Positions 18,355-28,178 of a DNA stretch of 48,445 bases are shown here, piece by piece. A program made the translations under genes and the position numbers. Origin of the DNA: Chthonomonas calidirosea (GTDB taxonomy: Bacteria; Armatimonadota; Fimbriimonadia; Fimbriimonadales; Fimbriimonadaceae); contig CAMAPH010000020.1 of NCBI GenBank assembly GCA_945859975.1, forward strand, positions 1-48,445. The letters are read 5' to 3'. Within the stretch, counting starts at the first letter, position 1; every line of letters starts with the position of its first letter. The notes under the pieces are model-generated. The model made no database searches. It was not told the DNA's origin and worked only from the letters and a program-made list of their open reading frames with translations.

Positions 18355-20316
18355 ATGCTCACACCTCGAACGCGGGCTCTTTGGTCCCTAGTAAACCTTA
18401 CAGCACCTTCCGGTGATGATGTTGGACCGTACGCCGGGATTCAAGTTAACGGCACTGCAAACTTGGCGGTCGAGCTTTTGGGTGGTGGCTTGCTTCAGCT
18501 AACCGGAGTTCAGGGCTTTTTACCGCTTGCGGTTTCAAAGGTGAGAGCATCTGGCACCACTGGAAGCGGTCACAAAGCGTATCAATGGTCAGAGGTCGAT
18601 TGGGACGAATGGACGGATTACAACTTGAGTCAGATACCTGGCTGGAATCTCGATAATGTCGAAGGCTTTGACAATTTTCCTACAACCATGCAACGCGCTT
18701 TGCCCTCTGGAGTGACCACCCCCCCTGGAATCTGGCGCAATCCAAAAACTCTCGCCGACATTGTGAGTGAGATCCGCGCTGAGACAGGTTGGACGTTCCG
18801 TTACGTCGATCCTATTAATGGAAAAGACGGCAATACCGCGCTGCAACCGTTTGACCCTGCAAATCCAAGCCTAGCTACCGGACCGTGGAAATCTCTCAGA
18901 AGGGCCATCGAAGTAGCTGGGAGCTTATCGTACCTAACCATGCTGTGTGTAGTAGTAACAGATAAGGCATTATTTCGCTTTAACTCTAGCGGAGCTGACC
19001 CCTGGCGCGGGCTTTCTTCAATCTACCCCAAGGTGCAAAAATTTGCTATTATAAATCAGTCGGCCCTGAACGGTATTGCAAATCCTGATCTGGGCTGGAC
19101 TTCCAGCATGGAGGTCTTGCCATTAACTTCCTGGACCCTTAAGGTCGGTACCGATACCGTTTGGCAAGCGGATATACCAGCAAGTAGCGGCACCACCAAT
19201 GTGCCGACCTTCAATTGGTCCACTGATCCCGCGGAACCAGGGGTCCCAACCCGGCTCAGTGGAGGAGTCTGGGACGATACCGACATCGACGAATTTGGTG
19301 CTCCTCGTCAATACATTTGCAGCAATGGTGCGACCGATGTGGATACTAGAGCCTACTCTTATTGGTACGACAATACTCTTCGCAGGTTTTTCGTAAATAC
19401 CGGTCGAGTATCGGTATCGTCAACTGAAGGCCTCCGGTTGTTTGCGAATGTCAACAACGCGACGTTACAGCGAGATGATCCTCCCGTTGAGCCGCCTCGC
19501 GCTCCGGTTGATCGCCAGGTAATTCTGATCAACGGAACTTTCGAAGGCGGCGGATACCCATTAAGGGCGAACGATTCAATACCGAATGCGACTCTTAGAC
19601 TAAATTTGACGGCTTACGGATGCACTTTTACGCGTGCCCGTGCGGGTTTGCGTGGTTTATTCATTGAAACTCCCGGTCATATTGAGTTGCTCAATTGCAA
19701 GGCAATGTTAAATGGTAACGATGGTGTATCGTACTATCCGATCAAGGGAAATGGATACGACGATGCGCTCGTTTTGACATTCATCGAGAGCGGCTGTCAG
19801 TGGTTCCTCAATGGGTATCCGAGCTGGGTGTCGGTAACAAATCCATATCTCACCGCTCCAACCAGTAAAATAAACGGCTCGACTTGTCACAATGCTTGTT
19901 CGGGAATTCGTATCGCAACTTCGGCCTACTGGAATGGAGGACCGAATTTTGGCGACTCTGCTGTGAGTGGGTACGCAAGGGTGCTAAACCTCGGTTGCTG
20001 GGCTCATTCGAGCTTAGGATTACAAGAAACGTCGGATTACGCAACTGATTACGCTTTGTACGGCTCAAATTCAGTGGGCGCAACTCCAAAGCGAAGGGGT
20101 GCACAGAGTTGGCTGATTGACTGCCCTCTGATTGTCCCCTCTTCCACTCCATCTGGTAGCCAATATTACATTCTGCTAGACAAGGATAGCGCGGGTACGA
20201 CCGACAGATTGCCACTTTTGCGACGGAACGGACCTGCTCCGACTCCGCTTGTTCGCTTGCGAAACAGTGTCTCGCTCACCGACGCTTACGTTGATATCAC
20301 AGGAAGTTATGTTTAA
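18355..20316 (+). CDS. Hypothetical protein: GTA/phage head-spike-base-like N-terminus plus predicted right-handed beta-helix
   Basis: Long ORF (open from 18223), with ATG 18355 preceded by TGaTAAAGT. N-terminal LAVELLGG...FLPLAVSKVRASGTT, and beta-helix-like NGNDGVSY and NGSTCHN. Visibly more AT-rich than flanking genes. Confidence 0.6.
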   Translation: MLTPRTRALWSLVNLTAPSGDDVGPYAGIQVNGTANLAVELLGGGLLQLTGVQGFLPLAVSKVRASGTTGSGHKAYQWSEVDWDEWTDYNLSQIPGWNLDNVEGFDNFPTTMQRALPSGVTTPPGIWRNPKTLADIVSEIRAETGWTFRYVDPINGKDGNTALQPFDPANPSLATGPWKSLRRAIEVAGSLSYLTMLCVVVTDKALFRFNSSGADPWRGLSSIYPKVQKFAIINQSALNGIANPDLGWTSSMEVLPLTSWTLKVGTDTVWQADIPASSGTTNVPTFNWSTDPAEPGVPTRLSGGVWDDTDIDEFGAPRQYICSNGATDVDTRAYSYWYDNTLRRFFVNTGRVSVSSTEGLRLFANVNNATLQRDDPPVEPPRAPVDRQVILINGTFEGGGYPLRANDSIPNATLRLNLTAYGCTFTRARAGLRGLFIETPGHIELLNCKAMLNGNDGVSYYPIKGNGYDDALVLTFIESGCQWFLNGYPSWVSVTNPYLTAPTSKINGSTCHNACSGIRIATSAYWNGGPNFGDSAVSGYARVLNLGCWAHSSLGLQETSDYATDYALYGSNSVGATPKRRGAQSWLIDCPLIVPSSTPSGSQYYILLDKDSAGTTDRLPLLRRNGPAPTPLVRLRNSVSLTDAYVDITGSYV

Positions 20317-20980
20317 AGCACCGAAACCATTGATGATGTGTCTCTTGTTATCCGCCGTGTTTGGATGCGGTGGAAGTGGCCCAGAAGACGAGCGACTACG
20401 CTTGACTTTAGTAAGCATTGGGGCTGATCCTGCGGACGTTACGCTGTCATACAAGGGTGAGCCGGTAGCGGTGATTGATGGCGAACCATTTGCAGAAATA
20501 GGTCCGATTGTGAATCTGCCAAGGGCAGCTCTTGTTGACGGTCTGTTAACCACTGGCAGCCCTGTAAATCAATCACTTCCTGCATATGGTATGGCCGAAC
20601 AATACTGGGGAATTTACGGTCAAGGAAACCTTCGTCCCTTGGCATTTGATGAGCCACTTCAACCTAACAAAAGCAAAGCAAGACACATCTTAGGCGTTAA
20701 CGGTCCGTTCGGTATCCGTCTGGTGGAGGTCTCCACAGGAAATATAATTAAGAGTGCAATTGTAGACTACTTTAATTCTTTGGGTAGCCCTCTCCCGGTG
20801 TTGGAAACTCCGCTAACGCCCGGAGTTGAGTACATCACCGAGGTGTACGACGACTCTGGACTGCGCGATCGATTCGGTCGCTTCACCGCCCAGGGCGGCA
20901 AGAACTACTTAATCATTGCCAGCCGCAGACCTAACGGAGTGTCCGATCGTCCGGTAGGTAAGGTCCTGATTCAGCCATAG
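20309..20980 (+). CDS. Predicted lipoprotein (possibly DUF4397-like)
   Basis: MFKAPKPLMMCLLLSAVFG-C lipobox followed by GGSG. The ATG overlaps the end of the upstream gene and follows AGGA. Confidence 0.65.
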   Translation: MFKAPKPLMMCLLLSAVFGCGGSGPEDERLRLTLVSIGADPADVTLSYKGEPVAVIDGEPFAEIGPIVNLPRAALVDGLLTTGSPVNQSLPAYGMAEQYWGIYGQGNLRPLAFDEPLQPNKSKARHILGVNGPFGIRLVEVSTGNIIKSAIVDYFNSLGSPLPVLETPLTPGVEYITEVYDDSGLRDRFGRFTAQGGKNYLIIASRRPNGVSDRPVGKVLIQP

Positions 20981-21004
20981 CCTTGCTTTACAACGTAGCC
21001 GCAC

Positions 21005-22138
21005 TTAGGCACTAGAAGCGAGATCCACGGCAAGTCTCGCCGCCCGAGAAATCGCCGTCGGCTCTCCCAGTAACTCGCTCAGCTCGGCAAAGGCGGCAAG
21101 CTGGCCCGAAGGATCACTTTGGACCCGCAGAAACTCGTTCGCAATCGCTTCGGGAGTGGCGGCCATTTGCACGAATTCCGGCACTGCCCCGCGGTCAAGG
21201 ATGATGTTCGGCAGCCCGATGAACTTCGGCCACGGCGTGCGCGTGACGGCCCGCTGGACCTCGAGCAATCGCGTCGCGCGATAGAAAATCACGTGCGGTG
21301 TGTTGCATAAGGCCGCTTGGAGCGTGGCCGTTCCGCTGCAAACCAGCGCCGCTTCCGCCGTGGATAAAACCTGCGTGCTCTTGCCGACTTCAAACTGGTC
21401 CGATTTGCGCCCTGAGAGCTGAATCCAACGCTTTTGGATCGCTACGACATTGGCACCCGGAGCAAGCCCGAAGGTCGCCTTTACGGGCCGTCCGCGGACC
21501 GCTTCGATCAACGGAAGTGCCTTCGCGAGGATCGGCAAATGGAACTTAAGCTCGTGATTCCGGCTTCCCGGAAGGAGCGCGATGGAATCCGGCACACGCG
21601 AAGCGTCGGTCAGTTTCTCCATTTCGCCCTGAATCAGCTGCTTGAGTGGGTGACCAAAGAAGTGCGCGTTCCCGCCGTTTTGGTTCAGCATCTCGGCCGA
21701 CCAAGGGAACGGGGTCACGATCGCATCGGTGATGGTCGGAAGGTCCGCCCCTTGCCGGTCCCGACGCCAAGACCCGGGCGGGATGAAGTACAGCACCTTC
21801 CAGCCCCGAGCCTTCGCCACCCGGCACATTCGAACGTTTACGAAGCCAAAGTCAATCGGCATGAACAGACCCGGCGTTCCGGTGTTGAGCTCTTCCTCCA
21901 GACGCTTTCGACCGACCAAAACATCTCGAGCCAGCTTGACCGCCTCAATCGCCCCGATCGCCCCCCAGTGGGACGAGTCTGCGATGATCTCCGCCCCTTC
22001 CGCCCGAATCTGCGTGCCCCCGATTGCCCGAAAACTCACGGGCAAATCGGTCGCCTTTCGGATCTCCCGAATGAGCGCGGCACCGTAGGCATCGCCCGAC
22101 GCTTCACCGGCGGAAAGAACAATTCGCATCATCGCCAT
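21005..22138 (-). CDS. lpxB: Lipid-A-disaccharide synthase
   Basis: SAGEASGD, FFGHPL, LLPGSR, SGTATLQ, IGLPNIIL and VPEFVQ. Start is ATG 22138, 22132 or 22129. Confidence 0.93.
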   Translation of the reverse strand: MAMMRIVLSAGEASGDAYGAALIREIRKATDLPVSFRAIGGTQIRAEGAEIIADSSHWGAIGAIEAVKLARDVLVGRKRLEEELNTGTPGLFMPIDFGFVNVRMCRVAKARGWKVLYFIPPGSWRRDRQGADLPTITDAIVTPFPWSAEMLNQNGGNAHFFGHPLKQLIQGEMEKLTDASRVPDSIALLPGSRNHELKFHLPILAKALPLIEAVRGRPVKATFGLAPGANVVAIQKRWIQLSGRKSDQFEVGKSTQVLSTAEAALVCSGTATLQAALCNTPHVIFYRATRLLEVQRAVTRTPWPKFIGLPNIILDRGAVPEFVQMAATPEAIANEFLRVQSDPSGQLAAFAELSELLGEPTAISRAARLAVDLASSA

Positions 22139-22194
22139 TGTGACCAAACGGGGCTCTGGTAACCTGCCCGGCGACGCCAACGGGGTCTTCAAAC

Positions 22195-23178
22195 ATGGAA
22201 AAAGTAAGAGTAGCAATGGTGGGATGTGGTGGCTTTCAGCGCTACCGAGTCGGAAATTTGCAGGAAGTTAAGGAAGCGGAAATTGTCGCCCTGGTAGACA
22301 CCAGCGACGAGCAAATTGCGCTGATGAAAGAGCAGCGACCAGTGACGGCCAACGCCGCCGTTTTCCACGATCACAACGAAATGCTGGAGCAGGTCAAGCC
22401 AGACGCGATCATGATCGCGACGCCGCACACCCAGCACGTCACGCAGATTCTTGACGGCCTAAAGGCAGGCGTTCACGTTTGCTGCGAAAAGCCGCTCGTC
22501 ACGTCGGTTGCCCATGCTCACGAAGTCATCAAGGCCCGCGACGAAGCCGGAAAGATTGGCATGGTGAGCTACCAGCGACACTTCCAAGCCGAGTTCCGCT
22601 ACATGCGAGAGAAGATCAAGTCGGGCGAAGCCGGCGCAGTTCAATACATTCAGGTTCTTCAGAGCCAGGAGTGGCTGCGAGCCTGTGCTGGAACCTGGCG
22701 ACACATCGCCGCCCTATCCGGCGGTGGTCAGCTCAACGACTCCGGTTCGCACGTCATCGACATCGTTCTCTGGGTAACCAGTCTTTCGCCAAAGTCGGTT
22801 TCCGCTTACACCGACAACAAGGGCACCGAGGTTGACATCAACTCGTCCCTGTCGATCATGTTCCACGGCGGCGCCATGGGCAGCATCGCCATCGTGGGCG
22901 ACGGCATGTCATGGCACGAGGACGTCACGATCGTTTGCGAGAACATGGCGTTCTTCATTCGAGACGGCAAGCTCACCATCACCGACCGAGATCGAAATCG
23001 CATCAAGGCCGAGCACCTTTCCGGTGGCTCGACCCCAGACCGAAACTTCATCCACAGCATCCTCGGCAAGGTCGAGTGCGAATCGCCGTTCGAGTGCGGA
23101 CTGGAAGTCATCCGCCTCACCGAAGCGGCTTGGCAATCCAGCGCTCTCAACGGCAGCGCCGTCGTCGTTACGTCCTAA
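22195..23178 (+). CDS. Gfo/Idh/MocA family oxidoreductase
   Basis: VGCGG Rossmann motif, IATPHTQH, CEKP and GGGQLNDSGSHVID. Confidence 0.95.
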   Translation: MEKVRVAMVGCGGFQRYRVGNLQEVKEAEIVALVDTSDEQIALMKEQRPVTANAAVFHDHNEMLEQVKPDAIMIATPHTQHVTQILDGLKAGVHVCCEKPLVTSVAHAHEVIKARDEAGKIGMVSYQRHFQAEFRYMREKIKSGEAGAVQYIQVLQSQEWLRACAGTWRHIAALSGGGQLNDSGSHVIDIVLWVTSLSPKSVSAYTDNKGTEVDINSSLSIMFHGGAMGSIAIVGDGMSWHEDVTIVCENMAFFIRDGKLTITDRDRNRIKAEHLSGGSTPDRNFIHSILGKVECESPFECGLEVIRLTEAAWQSSALNGSAVVVTS

Positions 23179-24059
23179 AACGGCGAAACGATCTCTTGGA
23201 TGGCATCGGTTCGAGCGATGCCATCCATGACCGTTTTTCTTCGTGGCATGGTGTGCGCGACCTGGACAAACGGAACGTTGTCCTCCATCAATTTGCCCGC
23301 CGCCCACTGGGCCGCTTTCTGCCCGGTAAAGAATCCAAACACCGCCGAGCCGGAGCCGGTTAGCCCCGCCTGTACCGAACCCAGCGTTCGCATGCGCTCA
23401 ATGAGCCACAGAGATTCTTGGCCAGTCACTTGCTCGAAATCGTTGTGACCGAGATCGCCACGGTACGACACAAATTCTCGGACCTTTCGGTCGAGGGCGG
23501 TGAACATCTTGGGCGTGCTGCCGTGTTCGAAGGGCCGCGCGACAACCAGCCAACGGACCGGAGTATCGGGCAGCGGTCGCAGAATTTCTCCATAGCCTGT
23601 CCCCAGAGCACGGCCACCGGTAAAGCAAAACGGAACGTCCGCGCCGATCATCAAACCAAGCTCCAAAAGCCGTTCATTCGTGAACGCATCCGGAACCACG
23701 GCCTGAACAAGTCGGAGGACTCCGGCCGAATCCGAGCTCGCCCCGCCAAGTCCGCTTTGGCTCGGGATTCGTTTGATCACTTCGATGCGAAACGGAGGAA
23801 GCGTCGCTTGCGTTCGGAGCAGCATGAGCGTCTTCGTGACCGTGTTGATGTGGGGAACGTTCTCCTTTTCGAAGGCCAGCGAGCCGGCTTTGGTGAACTC
23901 AACTTGGTCCACCGCCGTTTCGCCCGTCGTCACGACAAGCTCGTCCGCGAGGCTGATTTCCTGGAACACCGTCTCGATCGGGTGATAGTCCCGATGGTCG
24001 GGACGGCCGACCGCTAAAAACTCATTGATCTTGGCCCAACAGGAGATTCGAAATTGCAT
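23175..24059 (-). CDS. ispE: 4-diphosphocytidyl-2-C-methyl-D-erythritol kinase
   Basis: AKINEFL, YHPIETVFQ, KRIPSQSGLGGASSD, GADVPF and LTGSGSAVF. Confidence 0.95.
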   Translation of the reverse strand: MQFRISCWAKINEFLAVGRPDHRDYHPIETVFQEISLADELVVTTGETAVDQVEFTKAGSLAFEKENVPHINTVTKTLMLLRTQATLPPFRIEVIKRIPSQSGLGGASSDSAGVLRLVQAVVPDAFTNERLLELGLMIGADVPFCFTGGRALGTGYGEILRPLPDTPVRWLVVARPFEHGSTPKMFTALDRKVREFVSYRGDLGHNDFEQVTGQESLWLIERMRTLGSVQAGLTGSGSAVFGFFTGQKAAQWAAGKLMEDNVPFVQVAHTMPRRKTVMDGIARTDAIQEIVSPF

Positions 24060-24093
24060 GGCGTTTCCTCGTTTCGAATGTTAGACTATCGCC

Positions 24094-25980
24094 GTGCTTG
24101 ATCTCGCCCTGCTTTTTGTTGCCACCACGCTAAATCCGCAAAATGATCTCGGTATTGAGAAGTTTCACCCGACGAGACTGATTGTGAAGTGCAATCAAAG
24201 GCCGTCACTGCCGGGCTTCAAGACGCTGCGTTGGATGCCGCAAATCAAGCGCGCGGTGATTCAGGGCGCCTCTACGCTGACCGTCAACAGCATCGACCGC
24301 GTGAGTCGCATGCCTGGCATTTTGGCCGTGGAGCGAGATCGGGCCGCAAAGATTGCTTACGTGCCAAACGATCCGAGGTGGACAGACCAGTGGAATCTGC
24401 GCACGATGAAGGTTGATTTGGCATGGGACCGAACTCTCGGAAGCAACTCCGCGATCGTCGCGGTCATGGATACCGGCGTCAACACCGCGCACGAAGACCT
24501 GGTCGCTAACCTTTGGCAGAACACCGGCGAAATCGCCGGAAACAGCATTGATGACGATGGGAACGGCTTTGTTGACGACATCAACGGCTACGATTTCGTT
24601 GGCGAAGACGCGATTCCCGAAGACGTGAATGGGCATGGCACAGCCTGTGCCGGCATCGCGGCGGCCGTAGGAGATAACAGCATTGGCGTCGCTGGCATCG
24701 CCCCGAAGGCCCGCATCATGTGCCTCAAGGCGGCTCAGGATGACGGCTACTTCTTCCTTTCTAACAACTTGCCGGCCTATTTATATGCGGCGGACATGGG
24801 GGCGAAGGTCCTCAGCATGTCGTTCTACTCCGACAGTTTGAGCCCGGCAGAGCGGGAAGCGATCGATTACGTTTTCAGCAAAGGCTGCCTGCCCATAGCG
24901 GCCTCGGGCAACGATAGCACGGTGTATTCCTACTATCCCGCCGCGTACGAGAACACTCTCTCGGTCGCCGCCACCGTCCAAAGCAACGCGAAAGCCGGTT
25001 TTTCTGACTGGGGTTCCTGGGTAGACGTCGCTGCTCCAGGCGTCGGCATTTCAACTACGGTCACCAGCGGCGGATACACGACCGGTTTCGCCGGCACGAG
25101 CGCGGCATGCCCCAACGTAGCCGGAGTCGCGGCGCTGCTCTTCGGAGCCCGACCCGATGCAACGCCTGCTCAAGTCCGCAACGCGATTGAGGACACGGCC
25201 ACAACCCTCACCCAAAGTCCGTTTGGCGAGTTTTCCAACTACGGCCTCGTCGACGCGCAGGCCGCGTTGAATGCGTTGCTCGACGGCAACGCGCGCCGCA
25301 AATCAGCTTTAGTCCGCTACGTCACCCCGGTCGGACAATATCCAACCGGCGTTGCGACGGCAAGAATCTACGGACGAAGCCTCGACGGCCGGATGACGAT
25401 TTCAACCAGTCGAACCCGGCTGGCCACCGTCGCAGCAGGTCGGGATTATCGAGACATCCGCTTGGGGCCAAACACGAGGTCATTCACCATCCACGATCGG
25501 TTTAACCAGATTGCAGAAATCAACGCACCCGTTTCCAATGGACTCGCCTATCCTCTCATCGAAGGGGCTTCCGATGGCGGTGGCCTCGTTTACGGTGGCT
25601 TCTTTGAGACCCTCGAGAATGACCGTCGAAACATGCGGGTCACCCGTCGCTCCAATGGCTCCGTGTTGCTGGAAGGGACTTTCCGGCGGTTGCCTGGAAC
25701 CGGGTTTACAAACCTAGTTCTGCGGCGCAAGTACCTCGGCACGGTCACGGGCAACGAACGAATCCAACTCTACGATTGGTCCTCAAACTCCTATCCGTAC
25801 GGAACGTTCGTGGATCTGCGGGTGGGTGCGTTGCCGACAACCTGGAGCAAGCTCGATTTGCCAGTTGCAAACGGGCAGAACTTTGTGGACTACGAAGGCA
25901 CGGTCTACTTCCGCATTCTTACGGATGGTGGTCAATCGGCGGATGCGGAATTGCTTCTGGACTTTGCCCTGCTGAAATAG
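24094..25980 (+). CDS. S8 family (subtilisin/thermitase-like) serine peptidase with C-terminal extension
   Basis: Catalytic triad motifs VMDTG, NGHGT and GTSAACP, oxyanion motif AASGN, and an N-terminal signal/propeptide. Confidence 0.93.
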   Translation: MLDLALLFVATTLNPQNDLGIEKFHPTRLIVKCNQRPSLPGFKTLRWMPQIKRAVIQGASTLTVNSIDRVSRMPGILAVERDRAAKIAYVPNDPRWTDQWNLRTMKVDLAWDRTLGSNSAIVAVMDTGVNTAHEDLVANLWQNTGEIAGNSIDDDGNGFVDDINGYDFVGEDAIPEDVNGHGTACAGIAAAVGDNSIGVAGIAPKARIMCLKAAQDDGYFFLSNNLPAYLYAADMGAKVLSMSFYSDSLSPAEREAIDYVFSKGCLPIAASGNDSTVYSYYPAAYENTLSVAATVQSNAKAGFSDWGSWVDVAAPGVGISTTVTSGGYTTGFAGTSAACPNVAGVAALLFGARPDATPAQVRNAIEDTATTLTQSPFGEFSNYGLVDAQAALNALLDGNARRKSALVRYVTPVGQYPTGVATARIYGRSLDGRMTISTSRTRLATVAAGRDYRDIRLGPNTRSFTIHDRFNQIAEINAPVSNGLAYPLIEGASDGGGLVYGGFFETLENDRRNMRVTRRSNGSVLLEGTFRRLPGTGFTNLVLRRKYLGTVTGNERIQLYDWSSNSYPYGTFVDLRVGALPTTWSKLDLPVANGQNFVDYEGTVYFRILTDGGQSADAELLLDFALLK

Positions 25981-27091
25981 CTTCAAGGATCACGTACCGA
26001 ATGCTCTTGCCAACCGGATAAATCGCTAGCGAAACTCGGCGCGCGCCGCCGGGTTTCAGCTTCTTTCGGAGCGCATCGCCGTCCACCTTCACGCCTCGAA
26101 TCTTAACTTCGTGGATCATCGCCTCGTTTGCTCGGAGCCAGGCTTGGGTGCGTTTGAGGTCTGCGGCATGGTGGGTCAGCACGCGATAAGCCCTGAGCCA
26201 AGGGCTCTCGTGGAACTCGGCGGAAGTTAAATAGCCTTTCGAGTCCCCGAGGATGGGCAACCCGAGATGACCGACCGCGTGCGCCCGGACGAGAGCGGGG
26301 TCGCAGTCGAAGAGGTAATCCTCTGGCGTTTCCGTGGACACCGTTTCTGCCGCGTATGCGACTGACCCGGTCTCAACGTGGACCGCTAAGCGACCTGGCT
26401 CCGCTTCTTTTCCCCACAACACAAGCGCTTCGCGACACTCACCGCCGAAAGAGACGAACTGCAAACGCGGTCCAAGCGATTCCAGTTCATCGTCGCTCAG
26501 CATCGGCGAAAGCTTCATCACGCCAAGTTTTGCGGTCGCGTAGTTTTCAACGATGTCCCTCGGCGGGGGAGAGAAGTCTTCTAGCTTTGCAAATCGTTGC
26601 CCATTTTTCCGCCGCGCCGGGTCCGCGAAGAGATACGGCACTGGGCCTGAGGTCAGGCCATTGGCCGTCAGCACCGTAGCTTCCAGCCCGTGAACCTTCA
26701 AATTCCAGCGTGCAAACTTCGCCCGCTCTGGGTCCAGTTCGTATCCTTGCGCGGGACCACGCGCCGCCAGCGCCATCAGGTCAGCTCCGGCTCCAACCGT
26801 GAGGTCAGCAACGAGTTCGCCGTTTGGGAAGAGGCCCGCGTGATAGGCGGCAAGCCGTTCGTGAGTCGCCATCTCCACCGTGTCCGCATCAAAGAGCATT
26901 TCCTGCGCCCGGGCAAACTTGGCCTCGGCTCGCCGTCGGCTGTGGACTTGCTGCACCGCCCAAGCGCCTGCTTCGGCCCCGAATTCGGCCATCAGTCTTT
27001 CGATCTCGCTCGCCGTTGGCGGGAATGCAAGGAGTCGGGCGCCAGCCAGCGCTTCGATCTTGCTCGACTCAATCAATTCGGACTCCATCAC
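25919..27091 (-). CDS. Class I SAM-dependent methyltransferase with THUMP-like C-terminal domain
   Basis: ADLTVGAGAD SAM motif, DPARR, KLSP, GECRE and DPALVRA. The 3' end overlaps the S8 gene by 62 bp. Confidence 0.85.
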   Translation of the reverse strand: MMESELIESSKIEALAGARLLAFPPTASEIERLMAEFGAEAGAWAVQQVHSRRRAEAKFARAQEMLFDADTVEMATHERLAAYHAGLFPNGELVADLTVGAGADLMALAARGPAQGYELDPERAKFARWNLKVHGLEATVLTANGLTSGPVPYLFADPARRKNGQRFAKLEDFSPPPRDIVENYATAKLGVMKLSPMLSDDELESLGPRLQFVSFGGECREALVLWGKEAEPGRLAVHVETGSVAYAAETVSTETPEDYLFDCDPALVRAHAVGHLGLPILGDSKGYLTSAEFHESPWLRAYRVLTHHAADLKRTQAWLRANEAMIHEVKIRGVKVDGDALRKKLKPGGARRVSLAIYPVGKSIRYVILEAISAGQSPEAIPHPPIDHHP

Positions 27092-27252
27092 TAAGGGTTA
27101 GGTTATGCCATGCCGGCTGCCATCGTCGTTCTGGGTGTCGTTCGCAAGCTTTGCCAAATATTATTTCGTGAAACCCACTACCAGCGGCTTGAAAGAAGGG
27201 TGACCCTGTGCCAAGGGACCAATCGGCGGTACAGTTTCGTAGAGAAAGGTCA

Positions 27253-28176
27253 ATGAGCGGAATCATCCTAAAGAAAACGTGGCGTGAAAAAGTTGGACTC
27301 GCGGAAATGCTTAAGGGAGGAGTCATTATGGACGTCATCAATCCTGAGCAGGCAAAGATAGCCGAGGATGCCGGTGCCGTAGCCGTAATGGCGCTGGAAC
27401 GTGTTCCGGCCGACATTCGCCGAGATGGCGGCGTCGCGAGAATGAGCGACCCTGAGATGATTCAGGAAATCCAGGCGATCGCCTCGATTCCGGTGATGGC
27501 CAAGTGCCGAATCGGCCACTTCGCCGAAGCCCAAATTCTCGAAGCTCTGGAAGTTGACTTCATCGACGAAAGCGAAGTGCTGACGCCAGCAGATCACGAA
27601 CACCACGTTGACAAGCACATCTTCACCGTTCCGTTCGTTTGCGGCGCGCGAAACCTTGGCGAGGCGTTGCGCCGCTGCGCCGAAGGCGCGGCCCTGATCC
27701 GCACCAAGGGAGAAGCCGGAACCGGCGATGTCGTGGAAGCCGTTCGCCACATGCGAACGATTCAGTCTGAGATCCGCCAAATTCAAAACGCGCGCGAAGA
27801 CGAGCTCTACGTGCATGCCAAGAACCACCAGGCGAGCATTGAGCTGATCCGAGAAGTGCATGAGACCGGCAAGTTGCCCGTTCCAAACTTCAGCGCGGGC
27901 GGCATTGCGACCCCTGCCGATGCGGCTTTGATGATGCAGCTCGGAGCGGAAACGGTCTTCGTTGGCTCTGGCATCTTCAAGAGCGCAGCCAACCTTTCCG
28001 ATGCGGAGCGCATCAAGTCGCAAGCGCGACGCGCGCGAGCCATTGTAGAGGCCGTGTTGTTCTACAACGAACCAAAGAAAGTCGCCGAAATCAGCAAGGG
28101 TCTGGGCGAGCCAATGGTCGGCATCAACTGCGACAGCCTGTTGGACTCGCAGAAGATGGCCGAACGCGGCTGGTAA
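27253..28176 (+). CDS. pdxS: Pyridoxal 5'-phosphate synthase lyase subunit
   Basis: [37 protein letters not shown] and [19 protein letters not shown] 27253 follows GAAAGG. Confidence 0.98.
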   Translation: MSGIILKKTWREKVGLAEMLKGGVIMDVINPEQAKIAEDAGAVAVMALERVPADIRRDGGVARMSDPEMIQEIQAIASIPVMAKCRIGHFAEAQILEALEVDFIDESEVLTPADHEHHVDKHIFTVPFVCGARNLGEALRRCAEGAALIRTKGEAGTGDVVEAVRHMRTIQSEIRQIQNAREDELYVHAKNHQASIELIREVHETGKLPVPNFSAGGIATPADAALMMQLGAETVFVGSGIFKSAANLSDAERIKSQARRARAIVEAVLFYNEPKKVAEISKGLGEPMVGINCDSLLDSQKMAERGW

Positions 28177-28178
28177 GG

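Noticed and set aside
27160..27176. CGTGAAAC half-site upstream of pdxS as a second parS
   Set aside because: Only the right half matches and it is not palindromic.
27105..27256. Short ORFs or a riboswitch in the pdxS leader
   Set aside because: No SD, no recognisable motif and no convincing fold; cannot be supported.
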